Shown: positions 37,701 through 52,700 of the stretch, one piece after another
Layout of the letters: each line of letters opens with the position of its first letter
Position numbering within the stretch: the stretch's first letter is position 1
Source: Squalus acanthias
Lineage: Eukaryota
DNA: 64,000 nt
Reading direction: 5' to 3'
Assembly: GCA_030390025.1 (NCBI GenBank)
Contig: CM059432.1
Coordinates: 14,510,001 to 14,574,000, forward strand
Program-made: the position numbers and the translations under genes
The notes under the pieces: model-generated
Database searches by the model: none
What the model was told of the DNA's origin: nothing
The model's input: the letters and a program-made list of their open reading frames with translations, nothing else

Positions 37701-40700
37701 GTAGGCATAGTCTCAGGATAAGGGGTCGGCCACTTAAGACTGAGATGAGAAGGAATTTCTTCACTCAGGAGGGTTGTGAATCTTTGGAATTCTCTGCCCC
37801 AGAGGGCTGTGAACGTTGAGTCGTTGAGTATATTCAAGGCTGAGATAGATTGATTTTTGGACTCTAGGGGAATCAAGGGATATGGAGATCGGGCGGGAAA
37901 GTGGAGTTGAGGTCGATGATCAGCCATGATCTTATTGAATGGCGGAGCAGGCTCGAGGGGCCGTATGGCCCACTCCTGCTCTTATTTCATATGTTCTTAT
38001 GACTTATGTAGGCAAAACCAGCAGTCATTTTGTGTACAGCAACAAAGAAAAATGACCAGTTCACCTCTTTTTCCGGTACATTGATGACTGTATCGGTGCC
38101 GTCTCCTGCTCTCGCCCTGAACTAGAACATTTCATTCACTATGCTTCCAATTTCCACCCTTCCCTCACCTTCACATGGTCCATCTCCGACTCTTCCCTTC
38201 CCTTCCTCGACTTCTCCATCTCCATCTCTGGGGATAGGTTATTGACTAACATTCACTACAAGCCCACCGACTCCCACAGCTACCTGGACTACACTTCCTC
38301 CCACCCCGCCTCCTGTAAGGACTCTATTCCATTCTCCCAGTTTCTCCGTCTCCGCCGCATCTGCTCTGATGATGCCACCTTCCATACCAGTGCTTCCGAC
38401 ATGTCTTCCTTTTTCCTCAACCGAGGATTCCCCTCTACCGTGGTCGACACGGCCCTCGACCGTGTCCGTTCTATCTCCCGCACATCTGCCCTCACCCCTG
38501 CCCCTCCCTCCCGGAACCACGATAGGGTTCCCCTTGTCCTCACCTTTCACCCCACCAGCCTCCACATTCAACGGATCATCCTCCGCCATTTCCGCCACCT
38601 CCAGCGTGATCCCACCACCAAACACATCTTCCCCTCACCTCCCCTTTCAGCATTCCGTAGGGACCGCTCCCTCCGCGACACCCTAGTCCACTCCTCTACC
38701 ACCCCCAGCACCCCTTCCCCTTCGCCCGGCACCTTCCCGTGCACGCGCAGGAGATGCAACACATGCCCTTATACCTCCCCTCTTCCCACTGTCCAGGGCC
38801 CCAAACACCCCTTCCAGGTGAAACAGCGATTTACTTGTACTTCCTGCAATTTAGTATACTGTATTCGCTGCTCACGATGTGGACTCCTCTACATTGGGGA
38901 GACCAAACGCAGATTGGGTGACCGCTTTGCGGAACACCTCCGTTCAGTCCGTAAGGGGGACCCCGAGCTCCCGGTGGCCTGTCACTTTAATTCTCCGCTC
39001 CACTCCCACTCTGACCTCACCGTTCTCGGCCTATTACACTGTTCCACGGAAACTCAGCGTAAGCTCGAGGAACAGCACCTCATTTTTCGTTTAGGCACGC
39101 TACAGCCCTCTGGACTCAATATCGAGTTCAACAATTTTAGATCATAACCTCAGCTCTAATCACATTTATATTTTATTTTATCCACCCTTTTATTTGTCCC
39201 CCCCCACCTTTTTTTCCTCCTAGAAGCTGGCAGCTGTCCTTCATTCTGCCAGTGGATTTCACACTTCATTCAGCCTTAATCTGTCACATTAACACCACCT
39301 CTAGCCTTGCATATCTCTTAATGTCTCTTAATCTCCTCCTTTGTTCCTTTATCCCCTCCCCTTTTCCCAGCTTTACCCTGGCCTTAAATCTATTTGATTT
39401 CCGGCTCTTCCCAGTTCTGATGAAAGGTCATCGACCTGAAACGTCAACTCTCTTTCTCTCTCCACGGATGCTGCCTGGCCTGCTGAGTTTTTCCAGCGTT
39501 TTCTGTTGTTATTTCGGATTTCCAGCATCCGCAGTATTTTGCTATCGGACCAGTTAATCTGTTTAGGTGGCGCTGGTTAAGAGCTGAATGTTGGCCAGGA
39601 CATCGGAAGAACGACCTGCTCTTTTAAAAAGTGCCACGGGATCTTTTACCTCCACTTGAACAGGCAGATGGAGCCACAGTAGAACATCTCATCCAAAAGA
39701 TGGCACCTCTGGCATTGCACTGAAGTATCATCCTGAATAATGTGCTCAGGTCCTGAAGTGAGGATTGAACCCACATCCTTCTAATTCCGAGGAGAGAGTG
39801 CTACCACTGAACCAAGCTAGCATTGTATGGCAGTAATTATATCAAGTCATTAGTTACTGCACTGGGTGCTGTACCTAACTGCTGTATTACAGAGGGGTAC
39901 AAACCAAGAAACAGAAGAGTTAGCCCACCATCCTTTTAAGTTAGCTCGGACTGTTAGGTTGAAAGTCTGATTCCGTCAAAGAATTTCAAAACCAGTGGTT
40001 GCAAGTATACCATACAAAACTGCCAATTACTCCTGAATTAACAGCAATTTGACTTGGCTCACAACGATGGCTGGTATGGTAAATAAAAAAAAAAGTGTAA
40101 CATTTCTGCAATACAAACTTGCCCCATGAAGTTTGGGTCAAGATACACTGTAGAACATGGCACATGAAGAAAATGGAGAGAGAAAAATAAAGAATTTTGC
40201 AATGCTGAAAATCCTGGCACTGTCCAGAGAGACAACAATTTCAATTCTGCACGCAATACAATAGTATTCTAACAACGCTCAGACCCAGAATATATTTTAA
40301 GTGTGTTGGGGGGGGGGGGTCAAAAAAAATTAAACTAGTTGTATTAGAACTTGGAAACATTTGCTGCCGTTTCTCTTCTTATAAGAAAGATAGACTTGCA
40401 TTTGTATACTGCCTTTCACAACCTCAGGACATCCCAAAGCACTTTACATCCAATGAAGTACTTTTTGCAGTGTAGTCACTGTTGTAATGTAGGAAATGCA
40501 GCAGAAATATGCGCACAGCAAACTCCCACAAACAGCAATGTCATAATGACTAGATAATCTGTGTTTTGTGATGTTGATTGAGGGATAAATATTGTCCAGG
40601 ACACAGGGATAACTCCCCTGCTCTTCCTCGAAATAGTGCTGTGGGATCTTTTACGTCCACCTGAGAGGGCAGACAGGGCCTTGGTTTCCAGTCTCATCTG

Positions 40701-43700
40701 AAAGACGGCACCTCCGACACTGCAGCGCTCCCTCAGCACTGCACTGGAGTGTCAGCCTAGATTTTTGTGCTCAAGTCTCTGGAGTGGGACTTGAACCCAC
40801 AACCTTCTGACTCAGAGGCAAGAGTGCTAACCACTGAGTCACAGCTGACACTGTTATGCTGATAAGTGTGAGTCTACCAGTCTGGCCATGTGCTGCAGAA
40901 TGTTGGGAGGGGGAAAAAAAAAACCGAGAACTCCAAACTTCAGACAGTCTCCACATACCCAAACCGTACGGTAATAATCACACACGAGCTTTCCTCCTTT
41001 GAGACTAATCAGCACTGGCCTTAATTTAGCAAATCCTCTATGGTTATGATGGTGAGGCTAGTACTGCACCAGTCACTGTGTAAAAAAAAAAGGCAGTAAA
41101 GATTACGCACACCACTGTGGTCCCATCATAAAAACATGGGTCAACACTACATTTTATTGCTCGACTCAAAAGGGGAAATATTTGCTAATCCAGACTTAAA
41201 AGACACTCCAGCCCAGCTTTTATTTTTTTAAATACCAGCTAATATCAAAGGAAAATATTAATGGGAGATGTGGGCCATATAGGTCCTGCAATTTTACAAA
41301 TCAGGAAAGTTCCAATCTATTGGCATAGTAATACAAAATGGTATAAATTTTTAAGAGGCTTAAAACACTTTTCATTCATTTAAGAACATAAGAACATAAG
41401 AAATAGGAGCAGGAGTAGGCCAATCGGCCCCTCGAGCCTGCTCCGCCATTCAATAAGATCATGGCTGATCTGATCCTAACCGCCAATCTACTATCACAGA
41501 ACCATCTCCTGCATCTAACAGAATTGCACACACGAAATAGGAGCAGAATCAGGCTACACAGTCCCTGGGCCCGCTCCACTACCCACAGGGCCATGACCGA
41601 TCCGAACCTAGACTCATGTCCAAATTCCTGCCCGCTCCCCGTAACCCTTAATGCCCTTTACTTCTAGGAAACTGTCTATTTCTGTTTTAAATTTATTTAA
41701 TGATGTAGCTTCTGCAGCTTTTTGTGGCAGCATATTCCATGGACCTACCACCCTCTGAGTGAAGTAGTTCCGCCTCATCTCAGTTTTGAAAGAGCAGCCC
41801 CTTATTCTAAGACTATGTCCCCTAGTTCTCGTCTCACCCATCATCGGGAACATCCTCCCCGCATCCACCCGATCCAACCCCTTCACAATCTTATATGTTT
41901 CAATAAGATCGCCTCTCATTCTTCTGAACTCCAATGAGTAGAGTCCCAATCTACCCAACCTCTCCTCATATGACCACCCCCTCATCCCCGGGATTAACCG
42001 AGTGAACCTTTTTTGCACTGCCTCGAGAGCAAGGATGTCTTTCCTTAAGTAAGGACACCAAAACTGTATGCAGTATTCCAGGTGCGGTCTCACCAATACC
42101 TTGTACAACTGAAGCAATACCTCCCTATTTTTATATTCTATCCCCCTAGCAATGAAAGCCAACATTCCATTTGCCTTCTTAATCACTTGCTGCACCTGCA
42201 TACTAACCTTTTGAGTTTCGTGCACCAGGACCCCCAGATCCCTTTGCACTTCAGTACTCTCCAGTTTCTTGCCATTAAGATAATAAATTGCTCTAGGATT
42301 TTTCCTGCCAAAGTGCATCACCTCACACTTTCCAGTGTTGTATTCCATCTGCCAAATCTCTGCCCACTTACTTAGCCTGTCTATGTCCCCTTGCAGGTTT
42401 TTTATGTCCTCCTCACTCACTACTTTCCCTCCCATCTTTGTATCATCTGCAAATTTTGATATGTTACACTTGGTCCCTTCCTCAAAATCGTTAATATAGA
42501 TTGTAAAGAGTTGGGGACCCAGCACTGACCCCTGTGGAACACCACTAGTTACTGATTGCCAGTCTGAGAATGAACCATTTATCCCAACTCTTTGCTTTCT
42601 GTTAGACAGCCAATCCTCTATCCATGCCAGAATATTACCCCCAATCCCGTGATTTTTTACCTTAAGCAATAATCTTTTATGTGGCACCTTGTCAAATGCC
42701 TTTTGGAAGTCTAAATACACTACGTCCACTGGTTCCCCTTTATCCACTCTATATGTTACTTCCTCAAAGAACTCCAGCAAATTTGTCAAACATTACTTCC
42801 CCTTCGTAAAACCATGCTGACTTTGTCCTATTAAATTATGATTATCCAAATGTCCTGTTACTGTTTCCTTAATAATGGACTCCAAAATTTTACCTACCAC
42901 AGATGTTAGGCTAACCGGTCTATAGTTACCAGCCTTCTGTCTACTGCCCTTTTTAAATAAGGGTGTTACATTAGCAGTTTTCCAGTCTGCCGGGACCTTA
43001 GCGGAATCCAGGGAGTTTTGAAAAATTATTTAAATTATTTGGACTTGCACTTCGATGAACGTACACAACTACATCTTCATTACCTTGTCAATCATTTTCA
43101 TCCATTTCGGTACATCTTCAAATGTTTCTTTTTTAGTAATGTCATACACTAAGACAATTCCCTTGGCACTCCTGTAGTATGCTGAAGTAATGCTGTTGAA
43201 TCTCTCCTGCCCGGCAGTATCCCTGAAGACAAATGCGATTGAAAAAGTCATAAGAACATTTACAGTTGGGTACATTTTAAGACGCATATCCATTCTGGTA
43301 TATTGGCCAGTTGGTTGTTTTCTCCCTGCCACCACCCTAATCAAAACATTTTGGAGTTCTGCAGTCATGTCACTAATCCAGGACACTGCAATACAAAGAT
43401 TCTTGTAGTTCTCTCAGTATTAAGGCCCACAAGATCTCTGGTTTATTAAAATAATCCTGGTCAGAACAGTACTTCAACCAGATACTCAGCACCTGGTAAA
43501 TGCCAGTCTGTTAAGTGCGGAGAAAAATAAAACGGGGGGCTAAATGAATACATAAAACGTTACCGTCGAATATTAGAAGCGCAGATTTCCTTTAGATGAA
43601 TCATTACAGCACTGATGACCAATACTGTTTAACTTTAAATATGTTAGAAAAGGGCTGCAATGTTATTCATTAATTTTTTAAAATAGCCTGATAGTAAAGA

Positions 43701-46700
43701 ATCCAAAAGAGATTTACTAAGTTCAGTAACTTTATTTTGACCTGGATGGGGTAGAAGGATAAACACAAGTGATCAGTAATATCAAACTCACAATACAGCT
43801 TGAATAAAGTAGTACATTTTACCTCCATAAGCTCCTGTAGATACAGTGCTATTATTTGCCAGCCTCTTGCAGCCAGATCTTAAGAGTCACACAGATGAGG
43901 GATGAGAACACACAGACAGTTAGAAATTAGACTACTGTTAACTGGAGACTATGGATGAGTAAGGAATCTCAGAGTGGCGCAGCATTCCGAAGCCAAAGTC
44001 CTGCTGGGAAGTGGGGGGGGGCGGAGTGTTAGTAAGCTTTTTATAACCGTTCACAAGAGTTCATGAAAACAAAGACAACTGACAACAAACCATGTGTCAC
44101 ACAAACTTTATCTGCCAGAATATCTGCATTACTCATTCTCACGGACGGGGTGGTATGGCAGCCAGATGTCATTTAGGAATACTGGAATCCTACGTACCAT
44201 GTATTAGTGCACACAGCAGCAGCGGTCCTACAGGCTTATTAAATGCTTTGTTTAAACAAGACTGAAGAAAATTTGCTGGAACACTCAACATTGGCACGGG
44301 TGGTTTATACTCAGACAGTTAGCTTTTTTTGTTTTCTAATGTTTGCAAATTCTTCAATTTTGAATATGATTTACTTCTGATAAGTGGAAGTAATTCTTTG
44401 CACAAAAAAAAAATTGCATTATCCAATAATTTGAATTGCGTGACTTTGAATTAAGACTGTGTTACAGCTTAGTAAAAAGAATAAAGACAGCACCTTAATT
44501 AGCGGGAAGAATTGAGACTAATTGAACACAGACTATTTTACATTTTAAGCTGCTATCTCAGGTTCTCATGCTATAGGCTTCCGCCTGTTCTGCTTCAGTA
44601 GAAATGCCACATGTTTCGCAGACAGAAGGCGCAGTTTCTGCTACAAAAGGCAAGTCATGATAATATTTTCTTTTCCTCCCACAACACAGGCAAACGTATA
44701 GGAAATATCCCACTCTTCACCTAGGGGGCCAGAAGGAGGTTGGCCTCGCAGTGGCTGATTAGAGATGCAGTCGGGCCGGCTTGAAAACAATTCACCCGCT
44801 GCACTCTCTGTCTGGGGACGATAAGCGTTGGGGCAGAGGTACAATGTGAAATGACCACTAAAGGAATGGTAAGAATGCGCTGAACAGAACACAACACGAC
44901 TGGACTCTGTCCAGGACACCTTCACTATTCCTGTGCCTCAGATCTTTAAGATGGCATAAATGTAGCCAGTGTGATGCAGACTGGTTAAGGAGAGGTGGAA
45001 ATAAAACCTCAGTTTGAAAGATCCAGGATAATCATAAAAAGAACTAAGCCATTTGCCGTAGTTAAAATACAAGTAAAAATCCATCTTAAGTCAGTGTTTT
45101 TTTTTTAGAAATCTACAGTGGATGCACAATGTATTGATATCCCATTGGTCTCACATTTTTAGGTCAGTATTGGATAATATATTGCCACAAAACATTACTG
45201 CGCAGCACCTCATCAGAAGTGGAAAACTAGCCCGTGCCAAGGATGAGATTGTAAGAGAAATTTCATCAGTCAGAAGTAGTGGGAGAGGAATATGTACAAG
45301 TCAACAGCTGGAAACATGTAGTCACTTACCAGATTTGTAATCTAATTTTCTTTCCTCTTAGCTCTACTGTTTTGATTTTAAAATCAACACCTATAAACAA
45401 AATACAGTAAAAGGAAAAGGAGGAATAAGAAGCAAAAGCAAACACAAGGTTGAATTCAAAAGCAAAAAGAAAACAAAATTACCATTTCCAACAGGATACA
45501 TAGCACTCTGTAAAAGCACACTATCGTATCACAGGAAAGGAGGATAGAAAAAGGTAGGCCACCCAACACATTAGGAGAGATACTGTAACTTTCTGCACAC
45601 GTACGAAATGCACGCATTCTATTTTGGACCATGATATTGTACGGCAGTGTTTATGTTAATGGGCTGGAGTAATGATCCGTGACAGGAGCTCAAATCCCAC
45701 CACGACAGCTGGGGAGTTTAAATTCAGTTCATCAAATGGGGAATCAAGGGGTATGGGGATCGGGCGGGAAAGTGCAGTTGAGGTCGAAGATCAGCCATGA
45801 TCTTACTGAATGGCGGAGCAGGCTTGAGTTGCCCTATGGCCTACTCCTGCTCCTATTTCTTATGTTGTTGTGTTCTTATACAATAAATATTTTAGTAACA
45901 TTTTCCAAACAATTTACACTATACCACCAGTATGGTATTTTAAATGTACCAGAAGTGAAATACCAGTGCAGTAAATGAAAGAAAATATACAGCGCATCAA
46001 CAGGCCAGGATATGTTACAATAGTCACATATCAGGGCCGAAACCAGGGCACTCCATCACTTTTTGACTGGAATAACTCAATCCAGTTCTCAGAGCACTGC
46101 ATGCCCTGCTGCTGTATGGATGGGATGATTTAGCAGACATCTTTTCATTTACTTTTAAATTTAAACACACAGAATAAGTGGCTTAAAATCGGAGTTTTAT
46201 CTCCATGGCGTGGAGTTGAGTTCGGAGAGCTGGCTGGCCTTTTATCACCAGTAAAACAAAGACTTTTCCCCCTCTGATTCTGGTCACTTGCCCTTGGACC
46301 AGCTTGACCCTCAATTGGTTTATCATGACTGCATCCAGCAGATACCGTATGTGAGAACAGCAGCATGTCCGTTTTGGAAGAAAAGGTTTGTATGTAGCAT
46401 ATGCTCAGTTGTGAATGTGCTCGAGAACTTCAGGTGCAATTACAAAATGGTGCATGTTCTGTGGAAAGTAATTACAGTATCCCTTGGAGGTAAATGAACA
46501 CAGGAGAGATCCACACCCAACAGAAACCCAGAACGCAATGACGTGCAGCTGTCGGAAGGCGGCCCAGAAATGAAGCTTAGCCAGAAACAAAATGGACTAT
46601 GTATCAAAGTTTTAGTGCTTAAATGTAGTAGCCGGTTTTAAGAAAAAAGTGCTGACTTTATATTACACAAGATCTAGGTTTCTAACTATCCTCAGCACCT

Positions 46701-49700
46701 GTTATTGATATCATAAATGCATTAGGTCAGGGAGAAAAATTAGGGAAGGAAAATACCCGATTAATCTCCAAATACTTTATTTAAAATCTGGACAAACTAG
46801 CAATGCAAAACACCTGTCCTAAAGTTAATACTTTACAAATTAAAGCACTTTCATACAGTAACTATCAACATCAAGGCAGCATTCAACTAAATCTGGCACC
46901 AAGGAACCCTAGAAAAATTGAGGTCAATGGGAAAACCCGCCAACGGTCAGAGTCATGCCTGACACACAGGAAGGTGGTTGTGGTTGTCAAAGGCCAACCC
47001 ATCACAGCCCCAGGATGTTTCTATAGGAGTTCCTTGGCTCAGCCTATTTCAGCAGTTTCATCAATGATGTTCCCTCCATTATTAGGCTAGGAGTGGGGCT
47101 GTTCGCTAACTATTTTAGAGGTTCATTTGGCTCTATTTAAACTCCTCCAACAATAGAGCACCTCATGTTAAGCTCCTAGACAACAACCAGGCTTGAAGCT
47201 GGTTCATTCAAGCCATGCAAGTGTCAGGCAAAGACCATCTCCAAGAGAGAAAAGGTCCAACCAACTTCGACAGTATCACCATCGCTAAATCAACATCCTG
47301 GGGTTGAACAATAACCAGAAGATAAACTGGAACACCCATATCAACCTCGTGGTTACAAAAGCAGGACAGAGGCTGGGTACTCTCAAGTGGCTCACCTCCT
47401 GACCCTGCAATGCTTCACCAACATCTTCAAGGCTCAAGTCAAGAATGTGATGGGATACTCATCACCCATCTGGGTGGGTGGGTGCAGCTGTAATAATACC
47501 ATCCAAGACAAAGCAGTCTGCTTGATCAGCACCTCTGCCATGGAACTCAACATCCCACCCTCTCTGGTGCTGGTGCACCATGGTTGCAGTATGTGCTATC
47601 GACAGGATGCACTGCAGCAACTCACCAAGGTTACTTCAACAGCACATCCAATCCCCAACACCTCGTCCACTAAAAAGGACAAGAGGGTCAGTGTCACGGG
47701 AACACCACGACCCGCAAGTTCTTTTCTAAGTCACATACTGTCCTGACAAAAATTCCTCCATCGTTGCCGAGTCAGCATCCTGTAATTCCCTACTTAACAC
47801 TATTGTGGAATCACCATCATCAGAGCATAGGGATGAGCAATAAAGTACAGCATGGCTTGCATTGCCCACATTCCAAGACATTTTTTTTTAAAGTACCTTA
47901 TCTAAGAAAAACAGAGAACCAAAGACATAAATAAAATACTTACTGTAACATACAGCATAGTCAAGAGGCAGTGAGATTGACATGTATAGCTGGCAGTCAA
48001 ATACAATAAATCTCTCCAAGTGATAACACCAATGTGCATACTACCCTGTGGCATTAATCGCAACCAGTTTGGAGAATGGACAGTGCAAAGAATCTTCTCT
48101 TTCTCCCTGTCCCCCTCAAAAAGTGGTTTGAAAGTTCAAGTTCCTTTAAACAGCTCGGAGGATTCCCACTAATACTTAACCATATTCAAGACATCTGAAT
48201 TTGCTCCTTTCATTCGTATTCATTTAAATAGCACCCATTTCTGCACACACAAGCAATCTGTTTCCTCTATCATTATTTTTGTCTGTCAAATTTTCACCTC
48301 TTTCATTGATTTAAATTTTCCAACAGTGTCTTTTAAGAACATAAGAAATAGGAGCAGGAGTAGGCCATGCGGTCCCTCGAGCCTGCTCCGCCATTCAATA
48401 AGATCATGGCTGATCTTCGACCTCAACTCCACTTTCCCGCCCAATCTCCATATCCCTTGATCCCCCTAGAGTCCAAAAATCTATCGATCTCAGCCTTGAA
48501 TATACTCAAAGACATAAGAACATAAGAACATAAGAAATAGGAGCAGGAGTAGGCCAATCGGCCCCTCGAGCCTGCTCCGCCATTCAATAAGATCATGGCT
48601 GATCTGATCCTAACCGCCAATCTACTATCTATCACAGAACCATCTCCTGCATCTAACAGAATTGCACACACGAAATAGGAGCAGAATCAGGCTACACAGT
48701 CCCTGGGCCCGCTCCACTACCCACAGGGCCATGACCGATCCGAACCTAGACTCATGTCCAAATTCCTGCCCGCTCCCCGTAACCCTTAATGCCCTTTACT
48801 TCTAGGAAACTGTCTATTTCTGTTTTAAATTTAATTAATGTTGTAGCTTCTACAGCTTTTTGTGGCAGCATATTCCATGGACCTACCACCCTCTGAGTGA
48901 AGTAGTTCCTCCTCATCTCAGTTTTGAAAGAGCAGCCCCTTATTCTAAGACTATGTCCCCTAGTTCTCGTCTCACCCGTCATCGGGAACATCCTCCCCGC
49001 ATCCACCCGATCCAACCCCTTCACAATCTTATATGTTTCAATAAGATCGCCTCTCATTCTTCTGAACTCCAATGAGTAGAGTCCCAATCTACCCAACCTC
49101 TCCTCATATGACCACCCCCTCATCCCCGGGATTAACCGAGTGAACCTTTTTTGCACTGCCTCGAGAGCAAGGATGTCTTTCCTTAAGTAAGGACACCAAA
49201 ACTGTATGCAGTATTCCAGGTGCGGTCTCACCAATACCTTGTACAACTGAAGCAATACCTCCCTATTTTTATATTCTATCCCCCTAGCAATGAAAGCCAA
49301 CATTCCATTTGCCTTCTTAATCACTTGCTGCACCTGCATACTAACCTTTTGAGTTTCGTGCACCAGGACCCCCAGATCCCTTTGCACTTCAGTACTCTCC
49401 AGTTTCTTGCCATTAAGATAATAAATTGCTCTAGGATTTTTCCTGCCAAAGTGCATCACCTCACACTTTCCAGTGTTGTATTCCATCTGCCAAATCTCTG
49501 CCCACTTACTTAGCCTGTCTATGTCCCCTTGCAGGTTTTTTATGTCCTCCTCACTCACTACTTTCCCTCCCATCTTAGTATCATCTGCAAATTTTGATAT
49601 GTTACACTTGGTCCCTTCCTCCAAATCGTTAATATAGATTGTAAAGAGTTGGGGACCCAGCACTGACCCCTGTGGAACACCACTAGTTACTGATTGCCAG

Positions 49701-52700
49701 TCTGAGAATGACTCAGCATTCACAGTCCTCTGGGGCAGAGAATTCCAAAGAATCACAACCCTCAGTGAAGAAATTCCTCCTCATCTCAGTCTTAAATGGC
49801 CTACCCCGTATTCGGAGACTATGCCCCCGAGTTCTAGACACTCCAGCCAGGGGAAACAACTCCTCAGCATCTACCTTTTACTTACTCTTCTATATAGTTT
49901 GGTGCTTTTTAGCTTTTAAAAAAAATTCAGTCTGATCTGATGTTTCTGCTGCCACGCCCATTCAACAGTCATGCATTTGCAGGTATGTGGAGGCTCAACT
50001 GTGGGTTATGGAATCTACAAAAAGGTGTGCCTCCGATGCCAGGTTCCTGGAGACCCCTCCAACTTTATAATGGAGAATGCCGCCAATGGGAAGAGACATC
50101 GGACATTGCCGGCACACTCAGCGTAAAAATGCTTCTTTCTGTCCCATAACACAGTCTCACTTCTCATTTTTTCCTATCCTTATCCGGTCATTAAAGACCT
50201 GCTAGTTGTAAGAGATGCAATGAACAGAAAACATGCAAGTGGATCACTTGAATTTGGAGGCCACAGGAGGAGCGATGGAGTAGAAATAAATTCGTTAAAA
50301 TTTATCAGTCAATGTTCTTTGCACACCATGACCTGAAGTGTGACTTTATACGCACAGTATCTTATTGCCCTTGTTACTGCAATAGCTTACGGAGTGGGGA
50401 CAACTCGCCTCCTGTTCCCCATGTCTTCGGATAGGAGAACAAACACACCACCAGACCAAGGCTGTAAACTCGGAGCCCGATTTAATAAAGATTAAAGTTA
50501 AACAACAACAGAGCGTGTATTGGGCCTGTCTTTTGGGAAAATTGGAGACATTCTTGGAAAAGTAAGAATTTCCAATCAACGCCCATTCTTGCAACAAAAA
50601 AAAATCAGGATTGGGAGCAGAGAGGGAGATTTGGTAACTCCTGGAGTAGTATTATAAATGTTTTCAGCTCACCATAACTGAAAATTATAAAGGACGTTCT
50701 ACTCATTCTGTTCCAATTATAGTTGCTGAGGTTTTTAAAAAAAGAACAAGCCCATCCAGAAAAAAAAATTCCAAATGTTCCAGAAAGTGGAAATTGTTGA
50801 AGACTCGATTCTTAATCAACTGGGGGAGCAGGGGGTGGGTGAACAAGTTGGATGCCTAGCAGCAAACAAACCAGGTTACCAGTGCTAAAAGACACAGTAG
50901 AATTGAGGGATTTCAGTACAGGTGACCAGGCAGTGAAACATTATGGGTAGAGTTAAGGAACAGCAAAGTGAGGAAGTGATGCTTCAGTTATACAGATCCT
51001 TGGGCAGGCCCCATCTGAAGTACTGTGTTCAGTTTTGGGCACTGAACCTCAGGAAAGATATGTTGGCCTTGGAGGGGGTACAGTGCAGATTCACCAGGGC
51101 TTGTTATGGGGGCAGGTTTCATAAACTTGGCTTATATTCCCTTGAGTTTAGAAGATCGAGGGGCGATCTAATCGAGGTGTTTCAAATGATAAAGGGATTC
51201 GATAGGGTAGATACAGTGAAACCATTTCCTCTGGTGAAGAAATCCAGAACAAGGGAGCATAATCCTAAAATTAGAGCTAAGCCTTTTAAGTGAAATCGGG
51301 AAGCACATTTTCACACAGGGTAGTGGAAATCGGTCACTCTCTCCCTCAAAAGGCTGTGAATGCTGGGTCAATTGAATTTTGAAGATGGAGATCGATAGCT
51401 CGCACCTCGTTAAGGTGCAATTACTTTGTATACTTAGTCCCCTTTTAAGTGGAAAGGGTTTATTGAAGCACTGAAGCTTTTCTTGAAATATGAAGCAGTG
51501 AATTTGCAAGTACAGTGGAATCTTGTTACATTTAATAGTTCGGGGCAAACAAAAATGTCAAACATAACTAAACTCATAAATCATCCAACATGTATAACTG
51601 GCAAATTATGTTAGCACGGACATGCCTGCTATATGCGGTGGGGAGTCTAAGTACTTCCTGCCTGCACCACTGTCGTCATGTTTTTGCCTCCCCTCTTCCA
51701 CCCACCGTACATCCAAACTCTGCTGCCTGTATTCTAACTCTCACCAAGTCCCGTTCACCCATCACCCTTGTGCTCGCTGACCTATAATGGCTCCTGGTCC
51801 ACCAACACCTATATTTGAAAATTCACATCGTCGTGTTGAAATCCCTTCATTGCCTCGCCCTTCCCCATCTCTAACCTCCTGCAGCCCCACAACTCACCGA
51901 GAACTCTGCGTTTTTCCAACTCTGGCCTCTTGTATATCCCCCATTTCCTTCGCCCCAGCATTGGTGTCCATGCCTTCAGCTGTCTAGGCCCCAAGCTCTG
52001 GAATTTCTAAACCTCCCTGCTTCTCTCCTCCTTTAAGACGTTCCTTAGAACCTACCTGTTTGACCAAGCTTTTAGTCACCCATCCTAATATCTCCTTTGG
52101 CTCAGCCTCAATTTTTGTCCAATTACACTCTTGTGAAGCACCTTGGGACATTTTACTACGTTGGTGTCATACTTTGTGCGGAAACTTTTTCCATTCGAAT
52201 TTTCTGTGTTCACATAGTGGAAATGCCTAGGTGACCACGTCACCTGATTACACAATCTGACCACTGGGTTGCCACAATTACTCAACATTAATTTCAAGAA
52301 TTTCAGATCATAACCACTGCTCCCATTTTTTTTTCCCGGACAGCAGGTGCTGGCAATGGTTCTGCTGTTGCTATTTACAGCTCCTCTAAACCCATAGGAA
52401 GGCAAATGGAATGTTGGCCTTTATTTCAAGGGGGATAGAGTATAAAAGTAGGGAAGTCTTGCTACAACTGTATAGGGCGCTGGCGAGACCACACCTAGAG
52501 TACTGCTTTTGGTCCCCTTATTTAAGGAGGGATATACTTGCATTGGAGGCAGTTCAGAGAAGGTTCACTAGGTTGATTCCTGGGATGGAAGGGTTGTCTT
52601 ATGAGGAAAGGTTGAGCCTATACTCATTGGAGTTTAGAAGAACGAGGTGATCTTATTGAAACATACAAGATGCTGAGGGGGTTGGACAGGGTAGATGCAG

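Larger units (their letters stand above)
37620..39820 (-). mobile_element. Old Deu-domain SINE carrying a nested CR1 tail (~37703-38007, +) and the Penelope element
   Basis: SINE pieces at 37620-37702, 38008-38061 and 39548-39820 are collinear once the inserts are removed. Confidence 0.7.

Noticed and set aside
37086..43386. ORFs 37086-37307 and 43069-43386 as standalone genes
   Set aside because: They are RAB12 exons 4 and 3 read through into intron sequence.
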